From the NCBI GenBank assembly GCA_001917585.1, contig MNEG01000148.1:1-61675 (forward strand): DNA of 61,675 nucleotides. The letters are read 5' to 3'. Within the stretch, counting starts at the first letter, position 1. The number at the start of each line of letters is the position of its first letter. The stretch is from Candidatus Rokubacteria bacterium 13_1_40CM_68_15. GTDB taxonomy: Bacteria; Methylomirabilota; Methylomirabilia; Rokubacteriales; CSP1-6. The notes under the pieces were generated by a model. That model searched no databases. It was given only the letters and a program-made list of their open reading frames with translations, and had not been told where the DNA came from. Shown here one piece after another: positions 1 to 8,912 of the stretch. A program made the translations under genes and the position numbers.

Positions 1-105
1 CCGGCATCCAACCGATGGCCTTTCGCCGCGCCTGATGCCTAAGCTGCATGTACCCGACGGCGTTCGGCCCTTGGCTCGAAGCGGATCACCCCGATCACGC
101 ATGCC

Positions 106-1131
106 TTGAACGCGGAGACGCACATCATGGAAACGCGCATCGTCGCAACCGCCGTTGCCATTCTATCGACAGCCGCCACGCTCTTGGCCCTCGTGAGCAG
201 CGGAGCCGCCGCCGACCCCACGCTCGTCCGCGTGAAGCTCTTCGGCGGCCTGTCGAACCTGCCGATCTTCGCCGGTCAGGCGAAGGCCTTCTTCGCCAGG
301 CAAGGCCTCCGAGTCGAAATCGAGCAGACGCCCGACTCGGACGTGCTGCGCAAGGGCCTCGCCGACGGCGCCTTCGAGATCGCGGCCGCCGGCGTCGACA
401 ACGCGCTGGCGATGGTCGACACCGCGGGTGCCGACGCCATCATCGTCATGGGCGGCGACAGCGCGATGAATTCGTTGATCGTCCAGCCGCACATCACCTC
501 CATCGCGGAGCTTCGTAACCAGCAGTTCATCGTCGATGCTCCGAACACCGCCTACGCGCTGGTGGGCAAAAAGATCCTGCAGCTCAACGGTCTGGTGGCC
601 GGACGCGACTACACCATCACACCGACGGGCGGAACGATCCGGCGGTTCCAGCTCATGCGGGAGAATCGCGAGTACGCGGGCTCGATGCTGAACCCGCCCT
701 CGTCGCTCATGGCCGAGAAGCTCGGCTTCCGCAACCTGGGCTCGGCCGTCAAGCTGATCGGACCATATCAGGGGACCGGCGCGTTCGCCATGCGCCGGTG
801 GGCCCAGGCCAACAGCGACACCCTCGAGCGCTACATCCGCGGCTACGTCGAGGCGCTCCGCTGGGTCCAGGCGCCCGCCAACAAGACGGACGTCACGGCG
901 TTCATCGCCGAGCGCTACAAGCTGCCGGCCGACATCGCCGCGAAGTCCTACGAGGCCGCGACCGATCCCGCCGACGGCCTCACACCGGATGCGCGCCTGA
1001 ACGTCGAAGGCTTGCGCAACGTGCTCGCCCTGCGCGCGGAGATCGAGCGGGGCGGGGCCAAGCCGGAGCCCGCCGAGAAGTACTACGACCTGACGTACTA
1101 TCAGCGCGCGGTGGCCGCGCTCGGCCGCTGA
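106..1131 (+). CDS. Periplasmic ABC-transporter substrate-binding protein, NMT1/THI5-like (NitT/TauT type)
   Basis: 341-aa ORF with a signal-like hydrophobic N-terminus (AILSTAATLLALVSSGAAA). Overall pattern is that of NMT1/SsuA-like SBPs. High GC3. Alternative start ATG 127. Confidence 0.7.
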   Translation: MNAETHIMETRIVATAVAILSTAATLLALVSSGAAADPTLVRVKLFGGLSNLPIFAGQAKAFFARQGLRVEIEQTPDSDVLRKGLADGAFEIAAAGVDNALAMVDTAGADAIIVMGGDSAMNSLIVQPHITSIAELRNQQFIVDAPNTAYALVGKKILQLNGLVAGRDYTITPTGGTIRRFQLMRENREYAGSMLNPPSSLMAEKLGFRNLGSAVKLIGPYQGTGAFAMRRWAQANSDTLERYIRGYVEALRWVQAPANKTDVTAFIAERYKLPADIAAKSYEAATDPADGLTPDARLNVEGLRNVLALRAEIERGGAKPEPAEKYYDLTYYQRAVAALGR

Positions 1132-1179
1132 CGCAGACACGTCGCACGAGGTATCGTTGGAGCCCCAGAGGAGGACGCC

Positions 1180-1404
1180 ATGCCCGACGAGCCGAAACGC
1201 CCAGAGCTGACGCTGGACGAGCTGCGCGCCCGCATCGCGGCCGCCGGCATCACCATTCCCGAGAACCGCCTGAACATGGTCCGGAAGCTGCTGGGCGAGG
1301 CGCTCGCACCCCTGCGCTCGCTCGACTCGCGCAAGATCCGCCCCCTCGAGCCGGCCGTGACGTTCGACGCCGCCGGTCCGCACGTCGGAGTCGGCCATGA
1401 GTGA
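1180..1404 (+). CDS. Small (74 aa) GatC/AtzG-like (DUF4089-like) protein, probable partner subunit of the downstream amidase
   Basis: Short high-GC3 ORF. Its stop overlaps the amidase ATG (1397) by 8 nt. C-terminal ...PLEPAVTFDA resembles the ...EPAPVF tail of GatC/AtzG-type mini-subunits. Confidence 0.5.
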   Translation: MPDEPKRPELTLDELRARIAAAGITIPENRLNMVRKLLGEALAPLRSLDSRKIRPLEPAVTFDAAGPHVGVGHE

Positions 1405-2779
1405 CGCCATCGCGTTCGCGACCATCCGCGAGCTGGGCGCGCGCTATCGCAAGCGCGAGCTCTCCCCGGTCGAGGTGACGCGCGCACTCCTGGCGCGCAT
1501 CGAAAAACTCGACCCCGCCCTTCACGCCTTCGTGACGCTGACGCCCGATCGCGCGCTCGCCGATGCGCGGGCCGCCGAGGAAGCGCTCCGACGCGGTGAC
1601 GAGCGACCGCTGCTCGGCGTCCCCGTCGGGCACAAGGACATCTACCTCACGCGGGGTATTCGCACGACGGGCGGCTCCGCGCTGTTCGCCGACTGGGTGC
1701 CCGACAGCGAGTCGACGGTGGTGCGCCGCTGGCAGGACGCCGGTACGGTGCTCCTCGGCAAGCTCATCACCCACGAGTTCGCGTTCGGCCTCCAGTTCCC
1801 CGGCCACCGCTTCCCGCCTGCGCGCAACCCGTGGAACCTGGACCACATCCCCGGTGGCTCGTCGAGCGGCTCCGGCGCCGCGCTCGCCGCGGGATTGCTG
1901 CATGGCGCGACCGGGTCCGACACGGGCGGCTCCATCCGCGGACCGGCCGCGTTCTGCGGCATCACCGGACTGAAGCCGACGTACGGCCGCGTCAGCCGCG
2001 CCGGCGTGATGACGCTCTCCTGGACACTCGACCACACCGGCCCGATGGCGCGCACAGTGGAGGACTGCGCGTACCTCCTCCAGGCGATGGCCGGGCACGA
2101 CGCCGCCGATCCCGCGTGCAGCACGCGGCCCGTGCCCGACTACGTCGGCGCGCTCGACGGTGGCGTGCGGGGCCTTCGCATCGGCGTGCCGCGCAACTAC
2201 TTCTTCGACGACGCCGACGCGGAAAACGTGCGAGCCTTCGAGGACGCCGTCGCCACGCTGCGCAAGCTCGGCGCCGACGTCCGCGATCTCAAGATCCCGG
2301 CCTTCGACCTCTCGCGCTCGTTCCTCCTCATCGTGGTCGCCGAGGCGTTCGCCTACCACGAGCAGGACCTGCGCCGGCACCCCGAGCTCTACGGTGAAAT
2401 GCTGCGCGAGCGCATGCTGTCCGGCGCGCTCGTCAGCGGGCACGAGTACGTGCAGGCCCAGCGCCTGCGCATGCAGATCTGTGCTGACGTAGCGGAAGTG
2501 ATGAAGTCCATCGACGTGCTCGCCACGCCGACCACCCCGAAGCCAGCGCCGACGTTCAAGATGATGTACGACCCGGAGCTCGCCTTCCCCCGCACGAACA
2601 TGCCGCCGTTCAACCTGACCGGGCAGCCGACGCTCGCGCTGCCGTGCGGGCTGTCGGCGTCCGGGCTTCCGCTCTCGTTGCAGCTCAGCGGGCGGGCGTT
2701 CGAGGAGACGACGGTGCTGCGCCTCGGCCACGCCTACCAGCGCGCGACCGACTGGCACACGCGCCGGCCGCCCGTGTGA
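1397..2779 (+). CDS. Amidase-signature (AS) family amidase, GatA/AtzE-like
   Basis: 460 aa. Carries the AS hallmark GGSSSGSGAALAAG...GSDTGGSIRGPA, and KDIY...TTGGS upstream. Confidence 0.9.
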   Translation: MSDAIAFATIRELGARYRKRELSPVEVTRALLARIEKLDPALHAFVTLTPDRALADARAAEEALRRGDERPLLGVPVGHKDIYLTRGIRTTGGSALFADWVPDSESTVVRRWQDAGTVLLGKLITHEFAFGLQFPGHRFPPARNPWNLDHIPGGSSSGSGAALAAGLLHGATGSDTGGSIRGPAAFCGITGLKPTYGRVSRAGVMTLSWTLDHTGPMARTVEDCAYLLQAMAGHDAADPACSTRPVPDYVGALDGGVRGLRIGVPRNYFFDDADAENVRAFEDAVATLRKLGADVRDLKIPAFDLSRSFLLIVVAEAFAYHEQDLRRHPELYGEMLRERMLSGALVSGHEYVQAQRLRMQICADVAEVMKSIDVLATPTTPKPAPTFKMMYDPELAFPRTNMPPFNLTGQPTLALPCGLSASGLPLSLQLSGRAFEETTVLRLGHAYQRATDWHTRRPPV

Positions 2780-2788
2780 ACGAGCGCC

Positions 2789-3544
2789 GTGGATCTCAAC
2801 GGGAAAACCGCGTTGGTCACCGGTGGCTCCGGTGACATCGGGAGTGCGATCGCCAACGCCCTGGCGCTTGCCGGTGCCGATGTCGCCATTTCCTACGTCG
2901 GCCACAAGAAAGGTGCTGCCGCGACAGCCGACGCGGTCCGGGCGGCCGGGAAGCGAAGCCTGGCCGTCCAGCTCGATCAGCAGGACCCTGTCGCGATCGA
3001 CGCAGCCGTCGATACCGTCGTCGGAGAGTTCGGTCGGGTGGACATCCTGGTCAACAACGCCGCGTGGAACATCGGGATTCCGTTCTCGGATCTGGCGGCG
3101 CTGACCGCTGACATCTGGGATCGCGTCCTGGACACCAATCTGCGTGGCCCCTACTTGCTCGCGCGAGCGTTCGCCCCGCACCTGCGCGCGCACAAGGCGG
3201 GTCGGATCGTGAATATCGCTTCGGTGGGAGGTCTGTACCCTGGGAGCAGCAGCATCGCATACTCGGCCAGCAAGGCCGGGTTGATCCACCTGACCCGTTG
3301 CCTCGCGGTGGCGCTCGCCCCTGACGTGACGGTCAACTGTGTCGCTCCGGGATTGGTCGAAGGGACCCGCATGGCGCAACGACTCCCCGAAGAGATCGTC
3401 CGGATGGCGCGAAGTCAGGCGGTGCTGGAGCGAGTCGCGAGCGCTCGGGACATCGCCGCGCAGGTGGTCACGTTCTGCCGGGCTGACTCGATCACCGGAC
3501 AGGTGCTCGTGATCGACGGCGGGGTGCCGGGCGCGATGCACTGA
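2789..3544 (+). CDS. SDR family oxidoreductase (FabG-like)
   Basis: 251 aa. TGGSGDIGSAIA Rossmann motif, NNAA, YSASKAG catalytic motif. GTG start. Confidence 0.9.
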   Translation: MDLNGKTALVTGGSGDIGSAIANALALAGADVAISYVGHKKGAAATADAVRAAGKRSLAVQLDQQDPVAIDAAVDTVVGEFGRVDILVNNAAWNIGIPFSDLAALTADIWDRVLDTNLRGPYLLARAFAPHLRAHKAGRIVNIASVGGLYPGSSSIAYSASKAGLIHLTRCLAVALAPDVTVNCVAPGLVEGTRMAQRLPEEIVRMARSQAVLERVASARDIAAQVVTFCRADSITGQVLVIDGGVPGAMH

Positions 3545-3571
3545 GCCGCGCTGCGCCGCGGGCACCTCGGC

Positions 3572-4609
3572 TCAGTCGAGCCGGTAGAACCTCCGCGCGT
3601 TGTGCAGCAGGATCTTCTCCTTCACCTTGTCCGAGAGATCGGTGCGCTCGACGAACTCCGGGATGTCGTGCAGGAAGTCGGGACGGGCACGCTCGTGCGG
3701 GAAGTCGGAAGCGAAGAAGATCCGGTCCTCGCCGACCAGCTCGATGACGTAGGGCAGCGTCCGTTCCTCGACCTCGCACGAGAAATAGATGTTGCCCTCC
3801 CGGATGTACTCGCTCGGTTTCCGCCGGAGGAACGGGCACCACCGCGAGCCCCGCTTCTCGAACTCGTCGTCCATGCGATCCATCATGTAGGGCACCCAGC
3901 CGGCGCCGCACTCGAGGAACGCGACCCGGAGCCTCGGGAACCGCTCGAAGACGCCGTCGAACATGAGGCTGGTGAACTGCACGAGGATCGCGAACGGGTG
4001 CTCGAGCGTGTGGGTCTTGATGAAGGAGTCGAAGAAGTCGAAGCCGAACCCCCGGCTGGGCGCCCCGTGCAACGCGAGCGCCACGTCGAGTCGCTCGGCC
4101 TCCTCGTACAGGGGATCGAAGTCACGATGGCCGAACGCCTTGCCCATCACGTTCGCCGCCGGCAGTAACGCGCCCCGCATGCCGAGCTCACGCACGGCGC
4201 GCCGCAGCTCGGTCACCGCGGCGGGCACGTCGAGGAATGGCAGGAGCGCGATGCCCTGAAGCCGCCCGTCCCGCTTCGTGTAGGCGTTGTAGAGCCAATC
4301 GTTGTAGGCGCTGGCCAGCCCGATCGACCAGTCCCGATCCTGGATGAGGCCGAAGGCCAGGCCGCCCGTGGGGTAGAGAAACGTCATCTCCATCCCCGTG
4401 TCGGCGAGGAAGCTCACCCACGATTCCGGATCGCCCGCCGCGATGCGATCGGAGGCGGCCCGGAACCATCCGTCGAGCGACGGAAAGTACGAGAAGCACG
4501 ACCGGTCGGCGTTCTTCAGCGAACGGCCCAGGTACGTGGCGTACTGGGCGATCTGATCGTCGTGCTCGATGCAGTGCCCGTCGGCGTCGATCACGCGGAA
4601 GCGCTTCAT
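3572..4609 (-). CDS. Amidohydrolase family protein (amidohydrolase_2 / ACMSD-like metal-dependent hydrolase)
   Basis: 345 aa. N-terminal VIDADGH, internal ...LHGAP..., C-terminal FASDFPH motif typical of this TIM-barrel family. Confidence 0.85.
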   Translation of the reverse strand: MKRFRVIDADGHCIEHDDQIAQYATYLGRSLKNADRSCFSYFPSLDGWFRAASDRIAAGDPESWVSFLADTGMEMTFLYPTGGLAFGLIQDRDWSIGLASAYNDWLYNAYTKRDGRLQGIALLPFLDVPAAVTELRRAVRELGMRGALLPAANVMGKAFGHRDFDPLYEEAERLDVALALHGAPSRGFGFDFFDSFIKTHTLEHPFAILVQFTSLMFDGVFERFPRLRVAFLECGAGWVPYMMDRMDDEFEKRGSRWCPFLRRKPSEYIREGNIYFSCEVEERTLPYVIELVGEDRIFFASDFPHERARPDFLHDIPEFVERTDLSDKVKEKILLHNARRFYRLD

Positions 4610-4640
4610 GTCAGTACCTCCGGCGGCTCGGTAAGGCGAG

Positions 4641-5396
4641 TCAGTAGAACGTCAATCCGCCGTTGACGGTGATCGTTTGCCCGGTGACGAAGGCGGCATC
4701 GTCCGAGGCCAGAAAGACGACGGTGCCGACGAGATCCCGCGGCTCTTCCGGGCGCTTGATGCATTGCGCGCGTAGCATGGCGTCGCGCTGCTCGGGGGTC
4801 ACCGTCTCCCGTGGAATCTCGGTGTAGGTGGCGCCGGGAGTGATCGTGTTGACGGTGATCCCGAAGTCGCCGAGCTCGCGGGCCATCGCACGCGTCATCG
4901 CGAACACGGCGCCCTTCGAGGCGATGTAGTGCAAGTAATGCGGGCGGCCCATGAAGATGGCGGCGGAGGAGATGTTGATGATCCTTCCGCTTCGCTGTTG
5001 CCGCATCGGCGGGACGACCGCTTTGCTGGCCAGCCAGACACCTCGCACGTTGACGGCCATCAGCTCGTCCCACTCGGCCTGGCCGAGCTCCCAGAAGGGC
5101 TTCATCGTGATGGTCGAGAAGATGGCCGCGTTGTTGACCAGGATGTCGAGCCGGCCGAACTGACGCAGGGTGGCGGCCACCATCTCCTGGCAGCTCGCCT
5201 CGTCGGCCACGTCGGTCCGCACGAACATGGCCTGGCCACCCGCCGCCAGGCATTCCTCGGCGACCGCTTTGCCCTTGGCCTCGTTCAGCTCGGCCACCAC
5301 GACCCGCGCGCCTTCCTCGACGAGCCGGTGCGCGTACGCGCGCCCGATCCCCTGGCCGGCGCCGGTGACGACCGCGACCCTGTCCTGGAGCTTCAT
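4641..5396 (-). CDS. SDR family oxidoreductase
   Basis: Real start is MKLQDRVAVVTGAGQGIGRA (ATG at 5396) inside the longer 4641..6392 ORF. NNAA and YIASKGA motifs present. 1-nt overlap with the upstream gene's stop. Confidence 0.9.
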   Translation of the reverse strand: MKLQDRVAVVTGAGQGIGRAYAHRLVEEGARVVVAELNEAKGKAVAEECLAAGGQAMFVRTDVADEASCQEMVAATLRQFGRLDILVNNAAIFSTITMKPFWELGQAEWDELMAVNVRGVWLASKAVVPPMRQQRSGRIINISSAAIFMGRPHYLHYIASKGAVFAMTRAMARELGDFGITVNTITPGATYTEIPRETVTPEQRDAMLRAQCIKRPEEPRDLVGTVVFLASDDAAFVTGQTITVNGGLTFY

Positions 5397-6454
5397 CACT
5401 GCTGCTCCTGGCGCGCGCCCAGCTCCGCGCGCAGCATCTTCGCCGCGGCCACCATCGACGTGAGCTTCCCGATGGCGGCCTCGCGCGGAAGGTATTTCAT
5501 CCCGCAGTCCGGCGCAAGAATGACGTTCTCCGCCCTGACGAAGGTCAGCGCGCGCTTGATGCGCGCGACGACCGTGTCCGGCGTCTCGACCCTCATGTCG
5601 TCGAGGTCGAGGCAGCCGACCATGATCTGCTTGCCCTCGAGCTTGCCGAGCACCGCGCAGTCGAGCTTCGACTGGGCCGTCTCGACCGACACCTGACGAC
5701 ACGAACAGCCCGCCAGCTCGGGAAGGAAGGAGTAGCCCGACGGGCGACGGTGGATGATCGCCGCGTAGCCGAAGCAGATGTGCACCGCGGTCGTCCCGTC
5801 GATACCGTCGAGGGCGCGGTTGAGCGCCTTCAGCCCGTATTCCCGGGCTTTCTCCGGCCGCGCCTGCATGTACGGCTCGTCGATCTGCACGGTATCGGCG
5901 CCGGCGGCGAAGAGATCGCGGATCTCCTCGTTCACCGCGGTCGCGTACGCCATCGCGGCCGCCTCTTCGCTCGGGTAATAGTCGTTCTGCGCCTGCTGGC
6001 TCATCGTGAAGGGCCCCGGCACGGTCATCTTGATCGGCCGCGTCGTGTGGGCGCGCAGGAATCGCACGTCCTCCACCTCGACGGGGCGCCGACGCCGGAT
6101 CGGCCCCACGATGCGCGGCACCGGATTGGGATGGCCCGAGCGGTCGAGCGCGGTGCCGGGGTCGTCGATGTCGATGCCCTCGAGCGCGGTGGCGAACCGG
6201 TTCGAGTAGCTCTCGCGCCGGATCTCGCCGTCGGTGATGATGTCGAGCCCGACCGCCTCCTGGTCGTGGATCGCCAGCAGCGTCGCGTCGTTCTGCGCTT
6301 CGGCCAGCCACGGGTCGGCGATGCGCCACAGCTCGCGAGCCCGCACGCGAGGCGGGAAGCGACTGGCGAGCTTCTGACGGTCGATCAGCCACTCGGGCTG
6401 CGGGTAGCTGCCGACGAGCGTGGTCGGAAAGAGTGTCGTCATCGTCTTGCGCAT
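5396..6454 (-). CDS. Cobalamin-independent methionine synthase (MetE C-terminal domain)-like / Meth_synt_2 family protein
   Basis: 352 aa. TTLVGSYPQPEWL, ITDGEIRRESY, IDEPY, HICFGY and APDCGMK motifs typical of the MetE catalytic-domain family. Alternative start ATG 6442. Confidence 0.8.
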   Translation of the reverse strand: MRKTMTTLFPTTLVGSYPQPEWLIDRQKLASRFPPRVRARELWRIADPWLAEAQNDATLLAIHDQEAVGLDIITDGEIRRESYSNRFATALEGIDIDDPGTALDRSGHPNPVPRIVGPIRRRRPVEVEDVRFLRAHTTRPIKMTVPGPFTMSQQAQNDYYPSEEAAAMAYATAVNEEIRDLFAAGADTVQIDEPYMQARPEKAREYGLKALNRALDGIDGTTAVHICFGYAAIIHRRPSGYSFLPELAGCSCRQVSVETAQSKLDCAVLGKLEGKQIMVGCLDLDDMRVETPDTVVARIKRALTFVRAENVILAPDCGMKYLPREAAIGKLTSMVAAAKMLRAELGARQEQQ

Positions 6455-7485
6455 CAGTTGTAGAGGACCGCCTTCAGCTTCGCGGAAAGCCCCGGCTCGA
6501 TCGTGAAGGCGTCGGCCACCAGCTTTTCCAGCTCGTCGCCGGTCACGGGATCGAGCGTGAGCTTGGTCTTTTCCACCTCGGCGAGGAAGGCGGGGTCCTT
6601 CAGCGTCTCCTGGAACGCCTTGCGGAGGAGCTGCACTCGTTCCTTCGGCGTCGCCGGCGGCAGCACGAACGGGCGGGCGTACGCGCTGACGTTCTGAACC
6701 GCGACCTGGATCAGCCGGCGCGCCTCGTCGCTCTTGGCCAGGTTGGTCGCCAGCGGGACGTTCGGCAATTCGGGAAAGGGCTTCGCGGTCACCTGGACGA
6801 TCGGAACGACCTCACCGGTGTCGATCGCGTTGCGCCACGCTGCCCGCATCGACTCCCACGACCAGCACCCGCCGGCCAGCTCGCCGCCCGTCGCGGCCAG
6901 GCGGATTTCCGACGTGCCCTTGTAGCCGGTGACGACCTGGATCGGGAGCCCGAGTGCCGCCTTCAAGGTCCGCCCGGCCTTGTCGGGCGTGGCGCCGGGG
7001 AGAATGCCGCCGAGCTTCACCGGCGTGGTGGCGGCCATCCATTTGTCGAGGGAGGTGATGCCACTGGCCTTTGTCAGGGCGCACACGACTTCTTCCTTCG
7101 CGGTGGCGCCCACGAAGTGGAACTTGCGGGCGTCGAACTCGATCCCCGGCTGTCCCAGGACCTGGCTCAGGACGAGCGAGCCGTCGAAGTTGCCGACGAT
7201 GAGGCCGTCGGGCCTGGCCACCCGGTAGAGATGGTTGGCCGCGATCAGGCTGCCCGCGCCGACCATGTTCTCGACGATGATCGTCGGGTTGCCGGGGATG
7301 TGCCGGCCCCAATGTCGTGCCAGCACCCGGGCGTACGTGTCGAACCCGCCACCGGCGGCGAGGCCCACGATGATGCGCATGGTCTTGCCTTCGTAGAACG
7401 ACTGGGCGCGCGCGAGGTCGCCGTCCACACCGGCCAGGACGCCGAGCGCAGCGACCAACGCGATCAGTCCAGTCCGCGTGCGCAT
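6454..7485 (-). CDS. Bug/TctC family tripartite tricarboxylate transporter substrate-binding protein
   Basis: Start placed at MRTRTGLIALVAALGVLAG (ATG 7485, GGGGGAG SD 6 nt upstream). Mature part RIIVGLAAGGGFDTYARVLA...PGNPTIIVENMVGAG is the classic Bug-family signature. Confidence 0.85.
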   Translation of the reverse strand: MRTRTGLIALVAALGVLAGVDGDLARAQSFYEGKTMRIIVGLAAGGGFDTYARVLARHWGRHIPGNPTIIVENMVGAGSLIAANHLYRVARPDGLIVGNFDGSLVLSQVLGQPGIEFDARKFHFVGATAKEEVVCALTKASGITSLDKWMAATTPVKLGGILPGATPDKAGRTLKAALGLPIQVVTGYKGTSEIRLAATGGELAGGCWSWESMRAAWRNAIDTGEVVPIVQVTAKPFPELPNVPLATNLAKSDEARRLIQVAVQNVSAYARPFVLPPATPKERVQLLRKAFQETLKDPAFLAEVEKTKLTLDPVTGDELEKLVADAFTIEPGLSAKLKAVLYN

Positions 7486-7548
7486 CCTCGCTCCCCCTTC
7501 AAGTGACGGAAGAGTAAACGCCCTGCGCCCGGCGAGCAAGGACGTCAC

Positions 7549-7797
7549 GTGACGCCTCCAGCGGCCGTGTCACTGTGTGGTGCCGCCACTGTCTTCGTGG
7601 TGCAGGACGTGCTTCGAGCCGTGGAGCATTACCGTGACGTGTTCGGTTTTCGCACCGAGTTCACCTACGGCCAGCCACGTTCTACGCGGGTGTCGAACGG
7701 TGAGCCGCAAGACTACGCGTACGGCATGCGCGACTTCAACGTGAATGATCTCGACGGCAACCAGCTGGGCTTCGGGATGGAGTCGAAGCTGCGGTAG
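7549..7797 (+). pseudogene. VOC/glyoxalase-bleomycin-resistance family remnant (internal deletion plus frame patch)
   Basis: The 82-aa ORF keeps the N-terminal (ATVFVVQDVLRAVEHYRDVFGF) and C-terminal (PQDYAYGMRDFNVNDLDGNQLGFG) VOC blocks but lacks the middle of the fold. The expected ...P.TFYAGVER block is readable only in an alternative frame around 7675-7705. Confidence 0.5.
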
Positions 7798-7813
7798 CAG
7801 CGCCGTCTCGCAC

Positions 7814-8887
7814 CTACCCGTCGAACACGCGCGTGATCGGCTGGTGACCGTCGTGCTGCGGATAGGACTGTTCCCGGTACATCCCGAGGGCCTGCATCAC
7901 CGGCGTGTCCTGGACCGAGAACAGGATGGCGTCCCGCCCGCCGGCGCTGGCGTGCTCGTGCCAGGCCCACGTCGGCACCACGAACACGTCACCCTGGTGC
8001 CAGTCGAAGCGCTGGCCGTCGATGACGGTGTAACCGTTGCCCTCGAAGGCCAGATAGACCGCGCTGCCGGTGTGGCGATGCGCCGTGGTCCTCACACCGG
8101 AACGGATGAGCTGGATCCAGCAGGCGAGCGTCGGCATGATCGATGAGCCGGTGTGCGGGTTGATGTACTCCATCGCCACGTCGTCGTGAGGGCTGGTGGC
8201 GACGGTGGCGAGCCGGCGCAGCGCCTCCTCGGTGCGCGCCCACTTGTAATTGAGCAGCGGCGAGAACGGCCCCGTCGATCGCTCCCAGGTCGGACGAAGC
8301 TGACCGAGCCCGTACCGGCGCTCGGAGTCTCCCACGGGGCGCTCGATGTGCTGGGCGTCCTTGGGGAACGCCTCGTAGAACGTCGCTTCCATCTCGGCCA
8401 CGAGCGGCAGATCGAGGCCGTCGAGCCAGATCATCGGCTCGTCGCTCTCGTTGCCGTGGTCGTGCCACGTCCACGGCGGGGTCAGCACGAGATCGCCTCG
8501 GCCCATGATGCATTTGTCGCCGTCCACGGTGGTGAACGCTCCGTCGCCCTGAACGATGAACCGGATGGCGGCCGGCGAATGACGGTGCGCGGGCGCGACC
8601 TCGCGGGGCAGCAGGTACTGGAACGCCGCCCACAACGTGTGCGTGGCGCCGTAGCGCTCGGGCAGCCCGGGGTTCACGAAGCCCAGGACGCGCCGCTCGG
8701 CGCCGCGGCTGAGCGGAGCCAGCTCCCCCGAGCGCTTCACCAGTGGCAGCATCGTCTCCCAGCGCCAGAGATGAGGGACGGCGCGGCCGTGCGGCTCCTT
8801 GGGCAGGAGGTTGGCGGCGACGTTCCAGAGTGCCACCAGGTGGTTCTTCTCGAGCTCGCGATTGAAGGCCTGCGCCTCGACGTCCAC
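7814..8887 (-). CDS. Gentisate 1,2-dioxygenase (bicupin)
   Basis: 357 aa. LVALWNV...LPKEP, PAHRHSPAAIRFIV.G, TPPWTWHDHGNES and a second cupin half with AHRHTGSAVY...VPTWAWHEH. Confidence 0.85.
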   Translation of the reverse strand: MDVEAQAFNRELEKNHLVALWNVAANLLPKEPHGRAVPHLWRWETMLPLVKRSGELAPLSRGAERRVLGFVNPGLPERYGATHTLWAAFQYLLPREVAPAHRHSPAAIRFIVQGDGAFTTVDGDKCIMGRGDLVLTPPWTWHDHGNESDEPMIWLDGLDLPLVAEMEATFYEAFPKDAQHIERPVGDSERRYGLGQLRPTWERSTGPFSPLLNYKWARTEEALRRLATVATSPHDDVAMEYINPHTGSSIMPTLACWIQLIRSGVRTTAHRHTGSAVYLAFEGNGYTVIDGQRFDWHQGDVFVVPTWAWHEHASAGGRDAILFSVQDTPVMQALGMYREQSYPQHDGHQPITRVFDG

Positions 8888-8912
8888 GACGATCCTCCTG
8901 TGTCGGCTCGTC

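Noticed and set aside
163-3565. Long minus-strand ORFs (163..1425, 420 aa; 1250..3565, 771 aa) opposite the SBP, amidase and SDR genes
   Set aside because: They are Arg/Gly/Pro/Ala-rich low-complexity translations with no motifs, antisense to genes that carry clear family signatures. These are typical shadow ORFs of GC-saturated DNA.
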